DNA of 52,803 nt, taken from a virus. Its lineage: Duplodnaviria > Caudoviricetes. The stretch lies in the IMG/VR virus record IMGVR_UViG_3300006865_000015, positions 1 to 52,803 of that record; one strand, given 5' to 3'. Under the pieces are notes generated by a model that was given only the letters and a program-made list of their open reading frames with translations, was not told the origin of the DNA and made no database searches. The position numbers were made by a program, and so were the translations under genes. Shown here in pieces: positions 1-8,629 of the stretch (positions are counted from its first letter, which is position 1; each line of letters begins with the position of its first letter).

Positions 1-204
1 GACACCGACGATGACGAGTACGACACGCTCCCGCAAAAGCCCGCTGCCAAGAAAGCAGTGAACGCTGGTCTCGCCGCCTACCAAGCCAAGAAGGCTGCTG
101 AGAAGGCTGCACAAAAGAAGCCTGCCGCCAAGACGGTAGCCACCAGCACGAAGGCTCCGGCGAAGGCACCCGTCAAACAGTCTCGCGGCAACAGCGACTA
201 CTGA
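1..204 (+). CDS. 3' end of a gene with an acidic then Lys/Ala/Pro-rich tail (partial; possibly an ssDNA-binding protein)
   Basis: Open frame from base 1 (DTDDDEYDTLPQKPAAKK...SRGNSDY*) followed by a terminator; function is a guess. Confidence 0.5.
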   Translation, partial: DTDDDEYDTLPQKPAAKKAVNAGLAAYQAKKAAEKAAQKKPAAKTVATSTKAPAKAPVKQSRGNSDY

Positions 205-232
205 ACATCGCAGGTATTTGACCTCGAAACAT

Positions 233-267
233 GCCCGCCCCCACCCAGGGGTGGGCTTCTCCTTTCT
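233..267 (+). terminator. Rho-independent terminator
   Basis: GCCCGCCCC-caccca-GGGGTGGGC then ttctcctttct. Confidence 0.7.
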
Positions 268-310
268 ACCCGTTCCCTTCAGGGTCGCCACAATAGGCTT
301 AGAAAGCAAC

Positions 311-712
311 ATGACCAAAGACGACATCGAATACGTCCACATGGAGCACCTCGGTCAGACCCACATCTTCCCGAAGCTCTCCCGCAAAAACATCTCATTC
401 TGGTGGGGCGAAGACGAAACAGACGATTCTATGTTCAAGAACGTCATCGAGAAGGAAATCGCCGAGAAAACAATCACCGAAAACCTACTCGACAAGATCA
501 TCGCGAAGATCCGCGCCGAAAAACCAGATGAAGGCTTTACCTCCAAAGACATTCCGCGCCTGCTACACACTGCCTACCAAGATGTCGTCGTCGAAAAGCT
601 CTGGGAGTACGTCAAAAAGCCGACCAACTACAGCAACATCAACTTCAAGACACTGCAAGTACTGATCTACGCCCGCGTGAAACAAATCAAGCCGGAGATC
701 TTTGGTCAATGA
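311..712 (+). CDS. Hypothetical protein resembling an internally deleted Rnl2-type RNA ligase
   Basis: ATG at 311 after the terminator; N-terminal YVHMEHLG..HIFPKLSRKN and C-terminal helical region (DKIIAKI..FTSKDIPRLL..INFKTL..IKPEIF). Confidence 0.5.
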   Translation: MTKDDIEYVHMEHLGQTHIFPKLSRKNISFWWGEDETDDSMFKNVIEKEIAEKTITENLLDKIIAKIRAEKPDEGFTSKDIPRLLHTAYQDVVVEKLWEYVKKPTNYSNINFKTLQVLIYARVKQIKPEIFGQ

Positions 713-996
713 AAGTCAACGTCGCCTTGATGGCACACAACCTGATCGTAAACGGAAACCTCCGTGGTGTTGCTAACCGCCAAACAGGTCGCTCCACCGC
801 ATTGGCTCTCTACTACATCGCTCGTGCTATCGAAAACCCTGGCAGCGAAATCGTCGTGCGAGATCACCACGATAGCGACGCCGCTCACGAGCTACTCCGA
901 GACCGTATCCGCGAGATAATCCACAAACTGGGCCTCCAAGGATTCACCTTCTCACAAACCGCCATCCGCTGCGACTTCGCAACAATCATCGACTAA
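709..996 (+). CDS. Hypothetical protein with P-loop-like RQTGRST motif
   Basis: ATGA overlap with upstream gene; 95 aa. Confidence 0.6.
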   Translation: MKVNVALMAHNLIVNGNLRGVANRQTGRSTALALYYIARAIENPGSEIVVRDHHDSDAAHELLRDRIREIIHKLGLQGFTFSQTAIRCDFATIID

Positions 997-1004
997 GGAA
1001 AGTC

Positions 1005-1430
1005 ATGAAGCGCATCACTCCGGCCATCATCATGGTCTTCTTCCTCCTCGCCCTGGTCTTCTGGACTGACCGCCCGAAGGCAGCCGAACTTGTTGTGCAC
1101 GGTGTGTCGTACCACTTCGACCGCTCGCGGGGGTGGAACGAGCAAAACCTCGGCGCAGGTCTCCGCTTCCAGCACAAAGACGGCTACTCCACTCAGATCG
1201 GCACCTATCGAAACAGCTACTTCCGGCAAACATGGTACGCCATCGGCCAGAAAGAGTGGCCCATCCTGTCAGCCAAAGCAGGTGTGTTCGCAGGCAAAGT
1301 CACCGGCTACAACGCTCCGCTTGCAGCTGGCCTAATGATCTCCACAAACAACTTGACCTTCAGAATCGTCCCACCCGCTATTCCTCAAACCACGGGTGTC
1401 ATCGCGCTCGAATTCCGAAAGGCGCTCTGA
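1005..1430 (+). CDS. PagP-like small outer-membrane beta-barrel protein
   Basis: AAGGAA RBS; signal peptide; SYH..WNEQNLGAG..YRNS motifs parallel PagP TWH..YNERPWGGG..FKDS; amphipathic strands. Confidence 0.6.
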   Translation: MKRITPAIIMVFFLLALVFWTDRPKAAELVVHGVSYHFDRSRGWNEQNLGAGLRFQHKDGYSTQIGTYRNSYFRQTWYAIGQKEWPILSAKAGVFAGKVTGYNAPLAAGLMISTNNLTFRIVPPAIPQTTGVIALEFRKAL

Positions 1431-1434
1431 AAAC

Positions 1435-1785
1435 ATGGCAAACACCTATCGCATCGAGGACTGCGCCTTCCGACGTGATCCTCTTGAGGCAAAGCAGATG
1501 CAGATGCGTCATCGTTTGAAGCCCGAAAGCGTAGACACGACTGACAACTCTCGGATCTGCTACCGCGTCGTTCGAAAAACGACAGAAGACGGGCATGTTT
1601 CAATGCATGCTGAGCACGGTGTTCTCTGTGCAGATGGGAGTCCTCCCACCCGATGGGAAAAGCTCTGCGAAGCCGTATCAGGAGACCGTGCCCTCGCCGT
1701 CACCCTGGCAGCCATCGATCGTGACTTCCGATCACGAGTCCGTACCATCGAATACTTCAAAGTGGAGCCCATGAATGGCTACTAA
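1435..1785 (+). CDS. Hypothetical protein
   Basis: Tightly packed ORF, ATG 4 nt after upstream stop. Confidence 0.6.
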   Translation: MANTYRIEDCAFRRDPLEAKQMQMRHRLKPESVDTTDNSRICYRVVRKTTEDGHVSMHAEHGVLCADGSPPTRWEKLCEAVSGDRALAVTLAAIDRDFRSRVRTIEYFKVEPMNGY

Positions 1786-2059
1786 GAAGAAAGTCATCCC
1801 TGCCAAAAAGCAATCTGCAGGAGCCCTCGCGCTAGCAAAGTACCGCGCTGACCTCGCAGCAGCCACTAAGAAAGGCCCGAAGGCACTAGCCGCTTTCAAA
1901 GCTGCACACGCTAAAGCCAAGCCCACAAAGAACGGCGGTGCCACTCCGATGCAAGCCATCAAGCAGTTCTGCCTACACTGCACCGGCGACAAGATGGAAG
2001 ACGTGCGAAAGTGTACCGCGCCGAAATGCCCTCTATACCACCTGAGGCCATACCAGTGA
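1775..2059 (+). CDS. Basic Lys/Ala-rich protein with C-terminal Cys4 zinc finger
   Basis: AIKQFCLHC..VRKC..KCPLY. Confidence 0.65.
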   Translation: MATKKKVIPAKKQSAGALALAKYRADLAAATKKGPKALAAFKAAHAKAKPTKNGGATPMQAIKQFCLHCTGDKMEDVRKCTAPKCPLYHLRPYQ

Positions 2060-2264
2060 GCAAACCTGTTAAAAACAACATCCCTCCCAACAAACACCCG
2101 GACAGGCCACCTGCAGACAGCCCATTCCGAAAGACCTGGGATAAAGCCCACTACTTCTGGCACCCCAATGACTGGTTCTGAAGAACACGCCCATACAGCA
2201 AAACACCCTGCTACGTAGACTGCTACAAGCAAACTGCAACCACCCTAGTCAAGGAAACCACGTC

Positions 2265-2888
2265 ATGTTCTTCACTCCGGCCCACAAGCAAACTGACCCC
2301 GCCAAGCTGCCTTGTCAAATTCGAAATACCGCGCCTGTGAAAGCCGCTGAATACAAGCCCGCCCACAATGGCTACCCGGAAAAAGAAATGAAGACGATCG
2401 GAGACTACATCAAAAAGGTCAATGCTGAGGAAGGCAAGGTGCCTTGCTACATGGACCGCAGCAACCACTGGATCGGCTTCGACTTCGACCGCACTCTCGC
2501 CACCTACCACAAGTGGGCTGGTCCTGATGAACTCGGCGAGCCAATCATGCCGATGCTCGAACTCCTCAAAGAAACGCACAAAAACACAGAGTGTCGCATC
2601 TTCACTGCCCGTGTCTGGCCGTTGATCTACTTCGACCCACACAGCCTGATGTTCACCTGGGATGAACGACGCCACAACATCCCTGAAAAAGACCAAACAG
2701 CACGCATAGACAGCGCTCTTGCCGCAACACGCGCAATTCGCAAATGGTGTGACAAGCACCTCGGATTCCAACTCGCCATCACCAACGTCAAAGACATCCA
2801 CTGCGTGCGCATCTATGACGACATCGCTGTGCAAGTCGAGCCCAACACCGGTCGTCTTCTTGGTGGCAACAACCTCTGCTGCCAATGA
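2265..2888 (+). CDS. HAD-family phosphatase (PNK 3'-phosphatase-like)
   Basis: DFDRTL motif I, FTAR motif II, K and YDD motifs III/IV; AAGGA RBS. Confidence 0.75.
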   Translation: MFFTPAHKQTDPAKLPCQIRNTAPVKAAEYKPAHNGYPEKEMKTIGDYIKKVNAEEGKVPCYMDRSNHWIGFDFDRTLATYHKWAGPDELGEPIMPMLELLKETHKNTECRIFTARVWPLIYFDPHSLMFTWDERRHNIPEKDQTARIDSALAATRAIRKWCDKHLGFQLAITNVKDIHCVRIYDDIAVQVEPNTGRLLGGNNLCCQ

Positions 2889-2915
2889 TCAGGCACACCC
2901 TCTGCAAGGAGCGCA

Positions 2916-3122
2916 ATGAAAATCGTCGCCATTAACATCAAGCGAAAAGGAAAGAAGTTCATGTCACAAGTCACCACCCTAACTGACGGTGAGCGCAGCA
3001 CTCACGAAGCAGAAAGTATATCACCTGAAGATGCCACCTATCAAGCCGTCACCTACGCTACCAACATGTTGCGTGACAAGCTGTACTCCACCGTCAAAAT
3101 CAAACAAGTAGCAACCTTCTGA
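2916..3122 (+). CDS. Hypothetical protein
   Basis: AAGGAG RBS; 68 aa. Confidence 0.6.
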   Translation: MKIVAINIKRKGKKFMSQVTTLTDGERSTHEAESISPEDATYQAVTYATNMLRDKLYSTVKIKQVATF

Positions 3123-3123
3123 C

Positions 3124-3219
3124 ATGACTCTCGTCAAGATCATTCACATCCTCATCTGCCTCGCTGGCGTGGTAGTCATCTGGGTAGGAACCATCAACAC
3201 CGGAAAGGTCTCAACTTGA
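3124..3219 (+). CDS. Small membrane peptide (31 aa)
   Basis: MTLVKIIHILICLAGVVVIWVG..; fills the gap between two genes exactly. Confidence 0.4.
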   Translation: MTLVKIIHILICLAGVVVIWVGTINTGKVST

Positions 3220-3659
3220 GCAACAAAAATCACGCAGGATCCCGTAGCTACTACAAAGACCTTGTCCCTGGCTTCGAGTACATGGACATCATGGAGCATG
3301 TACTCGGCTACGAAGGTGTGATCGCACACCTGAAAGGTCAGATCTTCAAGTACACGTTCCGCATCGGCAAGAAAGACAAGGAGTCGAGTGAGTCTGAGAA
3401 AATCAGCTGGTATGCCGCTCGCCTCGACGACGTGATCAAACGGCACGAAGCCGCTGACGGTAGCTTCCCGATCCAGAACCCTCTGGTTCAAGCACTCATC
3501 TCGCAACACGAGCGTGAACTGGAGGCGATGGCTAACCAGTTCGAGGAAGAACGGAAAGTCAGTAACGCTGCTATCGAAGATTTGCGCAAGCGAATCGAAC
3601 CTACCTTCACAGCCCCTCTCAAAGGTGGCAACGGATTCGGAAAGAGACACAAGAAATGA
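3216..3659 (+). CDS. DUF3310 (T7 gp1.7-like nucleotide kinase) domain protein
   Basis: NH..SYY..EYMDI..LKGQIFKYTFRIGKKD..KISWY pattern plus coiled-coil tail. Confidence 0.7.
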   Translation: MSNKNHAGSRSYYKDLVPGFEYMDIMEHVLGYEGVIAHLKGQIFKYTFRIGKKDKESSESEKISWYAARLDDVIKRHEAADGSFPIQNPLVQALISQHERELEAMANQFEEERKVSNAAIEDLRKRIEPTFTAPLKGGNGFGKRHKK

Positions 3660-3772
3660 GCCCTGAGCTCTTTAACACGACATGGTGGGAATGGGTCTTC
3701 CTGGCAACCGCCATGACGATCTTTCTCTACACCTGTTGCAGCAACGACGACGACCCGCCTGGAGTAGGTTAA
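3656..3772 (+). CDS. Small membrane peptide (38 aa)
   Basis: ATGA overlap; MSPELFNTTWWEWVFLATAMTIFLY.. Confidence 0.4.
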   Translation: MSPELFNTTWWEWVFLATAMTIFLYTCCSNDDDPPGVG

Positions 3773-3773
3773 C

Positions 3774-3983
3774 ATGCTAATCGTGCTTGTCGTGCTTGTC
3801 GCCGAAACATGGTACCCCACTTGGGCATGGACTATGGATGAAAGATACGATCCGCAGTACCACTTCATGCCTCCGCGCGAAGGTCTCATGGGTATTGCGC
3901 CTATGCAAGCCTGCCACAAGCAAAGAGAGATCATGCAAAGCAAGTTTCCCACCCTGAAATTCAGCTGCGAGCACCGCCTATGA
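3774..3983 (+). CDS. Hypothetical exported protein
   Basis: Hydrophobic N-terminus, two Cys. Confidence 0.5.
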   Translation: MLIVLVVLVAETWYPTWAWTMDERYDPQYHFMPPREGLMGIAPMQACHKQREIMQSKFPTLKFSCEHRL

Positions 3984-4888
3984 AACGAATCAAACCCATG
4001 CTGCTCTACCGGGAAAACCCCGACACGAGCAAACTCCCGTACCCTGTCTTCGTGACTCCCAAGCTAGACGGTATGCGCGCCGTCAAGCATGACAACGGAC
4101 TGCGAAGCCGTACGCTGAAGCTCATCCCGAATGTCTACGCGCAGGAGTACTTCAAATCAAACGCCTTCAACGGTGCTGATGGTGAGCTCATCTGCGGTGC
4201 ACCAAACGGCCCTGCCGTCCTGAGTGAATCCACCTCGCTGTTTCGATCCGACAGCAAGCCGCTACCCAACGAGTGGGGCTACTACCTGTTCGACTGGCAA
4301 GACGACAGCAATAAGCCCTATGAAGAACGCTACGATGAAATGCGCTACTTCGTGGAGAACGAAAAGATCCCGCACCTCTACGCAGTCCCGCACGAAAAGG
4401 TAGCTAATGAATCAGAACTCCTTGCCTACGAGCAACGCATGCTGGCTGCTGGCTACGAGGGTATCGTCATCCGATGTCGTGGCGGTAAGTACATCGAATC
4501 GCGCACTACCTTGCGGCAGAATAACACATTCAAGCTGAAGCGGTTCACCGACACTGAAGGTCTGATCGTAGGTGCCTTCGAAGAAATGGAAAACACCAAT
4601 GTGGCAGAAGTCGATGAGAACCTGGGCAACACCAAGCGGTCCAAAGCCAAAGCGGGTCTCGTCGGCAAAGGCACTCTCGGTGGTTTCCTCGTGCAAGTAC
4701 CCGGCTTCAAAGAACCACAACGAGTAGGCTCTGGCTTCACGCGTGATCAACGCCACATGTTCTGGAACGAGCGACACAACATCATCAACAAAATGTATGC
4801 CAAAGTGAAGTTCTTCGATCACAACATCAAAGACGAAGCCCGCCACATGATCTTCATAGAAATCCGCGACATGGAGCTTGATGGCTGA
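3980..4888 (+). CDS. lig: ATP-dependent DNA ligase
   Basis: KLDG motif I, DGEL, YLFD, EGIVI, KLK, OB-fold VGSGF. Confidence 0.95.
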   Translation: MKRIKPMLLYRENPDTSKLPYPVFVTPKLDGMRAVKHDNGLRSRTLKLIPNVYAQEYFKSNAFNGADGELICGAPNGPAVLSESTSLFRSDSKPLPNEWGYYLFDWQDDSNKPYEERYDEMRYFVENEKIPHLYAVPHEKVANESELLAYEQRMLAAGYEGIVIRCRGGKYIESRTTLRQNNTFKLKRFTDTEGLIVGAFEEMENTNVAEVDENLGNTKRSKAKAGLVGKGTLGGFLVQVPGFKEPQRVGSGFTRDQRHMFWNERHNIINKMYAKVKFFDHNIKDEARHMIFIEIRDMELDG

Positions 4889-4989
4889 GCTCCACCGCCC
4901 TTACTCCTGAAGGACATCCGCGTAGATAGTTTCCGCAGCTAAGACCCTCATGGTCTTGGGGAGCGCCACCGTGAATTGGTCAAAGACAA

Positions 4990-5136
4990 ATGTCCGGCTA
5001 CGCCGTAGCATCCTACCTGAAAACCTTCGACAAAGAGCCCTACATACCAAACTGGTTACTGGCTCTTATCAGCTACGCAATCGCTGTCCTCACCCTCTAC
5101 AGCTTCCACAAACATGACTACTCAGAGCATCCTTGA
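4990..5136 (+). CDS. Small membrane protein (48 aa)
   Basis: MSGYAVASYLKTFDKEPYIPNWLLALISYAIAVLTLYSF.. Confidence 0.35.
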   Translation: MSGYAVASYLKTFDKEPYIPNWLLALISYAIAVLTLYSFHKHDYSEHP

Positions 5137-5830
5137 CTGCTTCAAGATGGCTGGCTTCGATCCTGCCATCTGGGAAGAACGCAATCGTGATGAAGCCCGT
5201 TGGACTGCCCTTGCGCATAAAAATACCGTCTACAACGCCTACCTGAACTGGACTGTACGTCGTGAAGGTGGACCTGACGAAGCCAGCTACAACAAATACT
5301 TTCCTAAAAACCCCAACCCGCAAGCTCTCACCTTAGAAGAGCAGGCTGAAATGGACCGCTTCGCCGAAAAGTACAAGCATCTTCGCAAGCACGGCGAGTT
5401 CCCTGGCTACTGGCTCCTTGCCTACGAGACTCAACGAGAGAGGGTCAAGCTGCTACAGACCACACCACTGATCCAACTACTCGTGGAACAAGACGAGAAG
5501 TACCTTATCGACAACGGTTGGCGTTGGCCTCTCAAGGTAAAAAAGCTCATTGAGGCAGGCTGGATCATGTCAGAGATTCGAGTGACCTTCACCAAAGCGC
5601 CTACCGCATGGTGGACGCAAGGCGCTATGTTCAGGCTCCATGCTGGTGGCTTGCAAACGAAGCTGCACCGCGTCATTAGCATCACAGGAGACACCATCAC
5701 CTACGAACCTGCAGGTTACACCAACTACGGGTACATGCTTATCAAACCCCGTTCAAAGCGACCCACCACAGAGTCTCTCGCAAAGTTTCGCCAACGAGAG
5801 TGTGTTCCTATTATCGCCGTTGCGGCATGA
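5114..5830 (+). CDS. Hypothetical protein
   Basis: 238-aa ORF coupled to the next gene. Confidence 0.65.
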   Translation: MTTQSILDCFKMAGFDPAIWEERNRDEARWTALAHKNTVYNAYLNWTVRREGGPDEASYNKYFPKNPNPQALTLEEQAEMDRFAEKYKHLRKHGEFPGYWLLAYETQRERVKLLQTTPLIQLLVEQDEKYLIDNGWRWPLKVKKLIEAGWIMSEIRVTFTKAPTAWWTQGAMFRLHAGGLQTKLHRVISITGDTITYEPAGYTNYGYMLIKPRSKRPTTESLAKFRQRECVPIIAVAA

Positions 5831-6348
5831 GTCGAATCATCCTCTGTAGTGATCTCCACTTGGGTCACAAGAACATCTACAAGTATCGCAAGCTCCATGG
5901 GTTAGAGTTCGTCGATGAAGCCGCGCATCGCCACTGGCTCATGGGAGAGTTGTCCCGAGCGTTCAACCCGAATGACCACATCGTCGTGACTGGTGATGTG
6001 GCATTCACCAAAGAAGCTCTTAAGGAGTTTGGCAAGCTGCCCGGTCGAAAGACCCTGGTGCGCGGTAACCACGACAACTTCAAGACGCATGAATACCTTG
6101 AAGTGTTCGACGATGTGCACGGTCTTTGGAACTGGAAGTCTTTCTGGCTGAGCCATGCGCCTATTCACCCGGATGAACTTCGCGGGCGAGTCAACCTGCA
6201 TGGACACGTCCATAGAAGTACGTTAGCTGACCCCCGCTACTTCAACCTCTGCGTTGAAAACCTACAGGTAGTGTTCGGGCGTCCTTGGTGTACTCTCGAT
6301 GAAATCCGCTACCTACGCCCTCGTACTAAAGAACTGGAACAGAAATGA
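5827..6348 (+). CDS. Calcineurin-like metallophosphoesterase
   Basis: SDLHLGH, GD, GNHD, SHAP, HGHVH motifs. Confidence 0.92.
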   Translation: MSRIILCSDLHLGHKNIYKYRKLHGLEFVDEAAHRHWLMGELSRAFNPNDHIVVTGDVAFTKEALKEFGKLPGRKTLVRGNHDNFKTHEYLEVFDDVHGLWNWKSFWLSHAPIHPDELRGRVNLHGHVHRSTLADPRYFNLCVENLQVVFGRPWCTLDEIRYLRPRTKELEQK

Positions 6349-6543
6349 TCACTGAGCAAGACCTGTCAAGAGTCCTTCGACAGTCGGATGGCTGCTGCAG
6401 GTATCAAACTGCACTCTAAGCGTTGGGAAGAGCAGCTGGAAACCCTCATGCAAGGCGTACTAGCTGCGACAGGTGCAATGAGTATTGCCCGTGCCAATCA
6501 ACTCTACTCCTTCTGCCTCTGTGAGAGGCTTTCCAAATGGTAG
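6345..6543 (+). pseudogene. Possible frameshifted small gene (or a 51-aa ORF from 6388)
   Basis: Coupled ATG at 6345 gives only 24 aa; removing one base near 6366 joins it to the frame ending at 6543. Confidence 0.3.
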
Positions 6544-6552
6544 GTTACAAAC

Positions 6553-7065
6553 ATGAGCATCGCTAATCCTCTCCCCCTCACTGACGCTGAACTCCAAGAC
6601 CCGACCCCTGTCTTGGAAGAACTTCACGCTGAGCCGGTACCTACTGCCCAACCAGCAAGGATCTTTAGTCCTGATGCCAAGCAAAAAGCCATCTCAGATG
6701 CCCATACCGCAGTGCCGGAAGCCTCGAAATACTTCCTTGGGGGTTCCGCTGGCTTGGGTCTAAAAGCAGCTGACATCGACATCTTCATGCTCGTTCCTAA
6801 TGTGAACGAAGTTGCAGCGCGCCTTGCCGACTACGGATTCACTTACCCGCGCTTCAACGACTACGACAACAAAGGCTTCATCCCTTTTAGAAAAGGAGAC
6901 CTCAACATCATCGTCATGGATGATGAGCGTGACTACGACCGGACAGAGATCGCATACAAAGTGTGCCAGTACCTCGTGTCCGAAGGAATCCACCCGACAA
7001 AGGAGCAACGAAAGGTGATCCATCACATCCTGCAAGGCAAGCCTGCTTCATTCGCGACCCAATGA
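6553..7065 (+). CDS. Pol-beta superfamily minimal nucleotidyltransferase
   Basis: FLGGS..DIDIF (GS..DxD) motif. Confidence 0.75.
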   Translation: MSIANPLPLTDAELQDPTPVLEELHAEPVPTAQPARIFSPDAKQKAISDAHTAVPEASKYFLGGSAGLGLKAADIDIFMLVPNVNEVAARLADYGFTYPRFNDYDNKGFIPFRKGDLNIIVMDDERDYDRTEIAYKVCQYLVSEGIHPTKEQRKVIHHILQGKPASFATQ

Positions 7066-7856
7066 AACTACCTCCTACGAAACTCCGCATCTTGCTGCTC
7101 GACATTGAGACAGCGCCCATCCAATCCTACCACTGGAGACTGTGGAAGGAAAACATCAACATCGATCAGGTACAGGTGGACTGGTCCATCCTCTCGTTCG
7201 GTGCTAAGTGGTTGGGAGAACCTATGCGAAAGGCAGTCTACTACGACACCTTCGATGAGAAAGACATCCGAGATGACTCCAGCCTTTTACAGCGTCTCTG
7301 GGAACTCCTTGATGAAGCTGACATTGTAGTAACGCATAACGGCCAGCGATTTGATCTGCGCAAGATCCGTGCCCGCATGTTCACAGCGGGAATGCAGCCC
7401 TTCAGCCCTGTTCGTGTGCTCGACACACTGCAAGAGACTAGGAAGCTATTCGGCTTCACCAGCAACAAGCTCGCCTGGATCGGTACTCTCGTTGGTGTTC
7501 CCAAGTACAAGCACGGCAAGTTCCCTGGCTTCGACTTGTGGACTGAATTCCTCAAGCGAAATCCTGCAGCGCGGAAAGAAATGCGGAAGTACAACATCAT
7601 TGACGTCAAAGTCCTTGAGGAAGTGTACATCCGACTGCGCCCTTGGATTGAAGGTCATCCCAACGTGAACGTTCTGGATAGTCACAGTGATGGTGAATGC
7701 CCTAAGTGTGGCGGCCATAAGATGGTCAAGCGAGGGATGCGTACCACGCAAGTCGGCACCTACCAGCGCTACCAATGCAGCGACTGTGGCGGCTGGTCCT
7801 ATGATCGGCGCAATATGATTCCTACCGCACAACGAAGGAGGCTTCTTGGCAACTGA
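7062..7856 (+). CDS. DnaQ/RNase H-like 3'-5' exonuclease with C-terminal zinc ribbon
   Basis: DIET, HNGQRFD, YNIID; CPKC..CSDC. Confidence 0.9.
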   Translation: MKLPPTKLRILLLDIETAPIQSYHWRLWKENINIDQVQVDWSILSFGAKWLGEPMRKAVYYDTFDEKDIRDDSSLLQRLWELLDEADIVVTHNGQRFDLRKIRARMFTAGMQPFSPVRVLDTLQETRKLFGFTSNKLAWIGTLVGVPKYKHGKFPGFDLWTEFLKRNPAARKEMRKYNIIDVKVLEEVYIRLRPWIEGHPNVNVLDSHSDGECPKCGGHKMVKRGMRTTQVGTYQRYQCSDCGGWSYDRRNMIPTAQRRRLLGN

Positions 7857-8079
7857 ACTTGAAAACGAAGACCTACAAAACGGGCCTGACGAAGCCACGG
7901 ATGGTTATGACTGGGCCATCGAGGAGATCCGAGAGATCGTCAATGTGTTGGGACATCAAGAAAATCCGGGGCAACGACCCGGTGGTCCCAAACATTCTCT
8001 CCGCGTGTTCAATCTCATCAATCAACTAGTGGACCTCATCCCTGGCGACGAAGGACTCAATGATGCAGAACCCATCTGA
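7846..8079 (+). CDS. Acidic hypothetical protein
   Basis: AGGAGG RBS before a TTG start. Confidence 0.55.
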   Translation: MATELENEDLQNGPDEATDGYDWAIEEIREIVNVLGHQENPGQRPGGPKHSLRVFNLINQLVDLIPGDEGLNDAEPI

Positions 8080-8629
8080 CTCCACCCAACACGGTCTTAC
8101 CCTACGGGGTAGCACCCGCTGGCCTGACACCTTCGAGGCGGCACAAGCAGGTTTGCTTCCAATGCCAGAGCTCATGATCGATAAGATGACTAAGATGCGT
8201 GGCTTTCATGACCCTGATGTGGCTCAACACATCCAAGACGTCATGCGAGCCAATCTGACTGACACCGCTATCGAGGAACGTGCACTGGCCTACAAGCTGG
8301 AGAACCTCTACCCAGGTGCAAACTTCTCAGAGAAGCCTCCTGAATACGAAGCGGGTATGGACCTCGCGCTCGATGACATCGTCATGGAGGAATGTGCAGA
8401 AGTGATCCAAGAGATCTGCAAGGTGAACCGTTTCGGCATGGTAAACCACATCACGCAGGTCAACAATAAGGTGAAGCTGGAAACAGAACTCGGTCAGTTG
8501 CTTGCGGGTATCGAGCGCCTCGCAGAAGCCTGGGATCTCGACAAGGACGTCATCCGCAAAGCTGCGGCAGATAAGTTCAATGCCATCACCAAGTGGGCTC
8601 CGTACTATGAGCGCAATCGACAAAGCTGA
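8060..8629 (+). CDS. MazG-like nucleotide pyrophosphohydrolase domain protein
   Basis: EECAEVIQEICKVNRFG..LETELGQLL; the second motif has Q where D is usual. Confidence 0.7.
   Translation: MMQNPSDSTQHGLTLRGSTRWPDTFEAAQAGLLPMPELMIDKMTKMRGFHDPDVAQHIQDVMRANLTDTAIEERALAYKLENLYPGANFSEKPPEYEAGMDLALDDIVMEECAEVIQEICKVNRFGMVNHITQVNNKVKLETELGQLLAGIERLAEAWDLDKDVIRKAAADKFNAITKWAPYYERNRQS

Noticed and set aside
4940-4958. TCA in a hairpin loop as an opal suppressor anticodon, implying recoding
   Set aside because: No U33 or purine 37; TGA, TAG and TAA all end conserved genes normally
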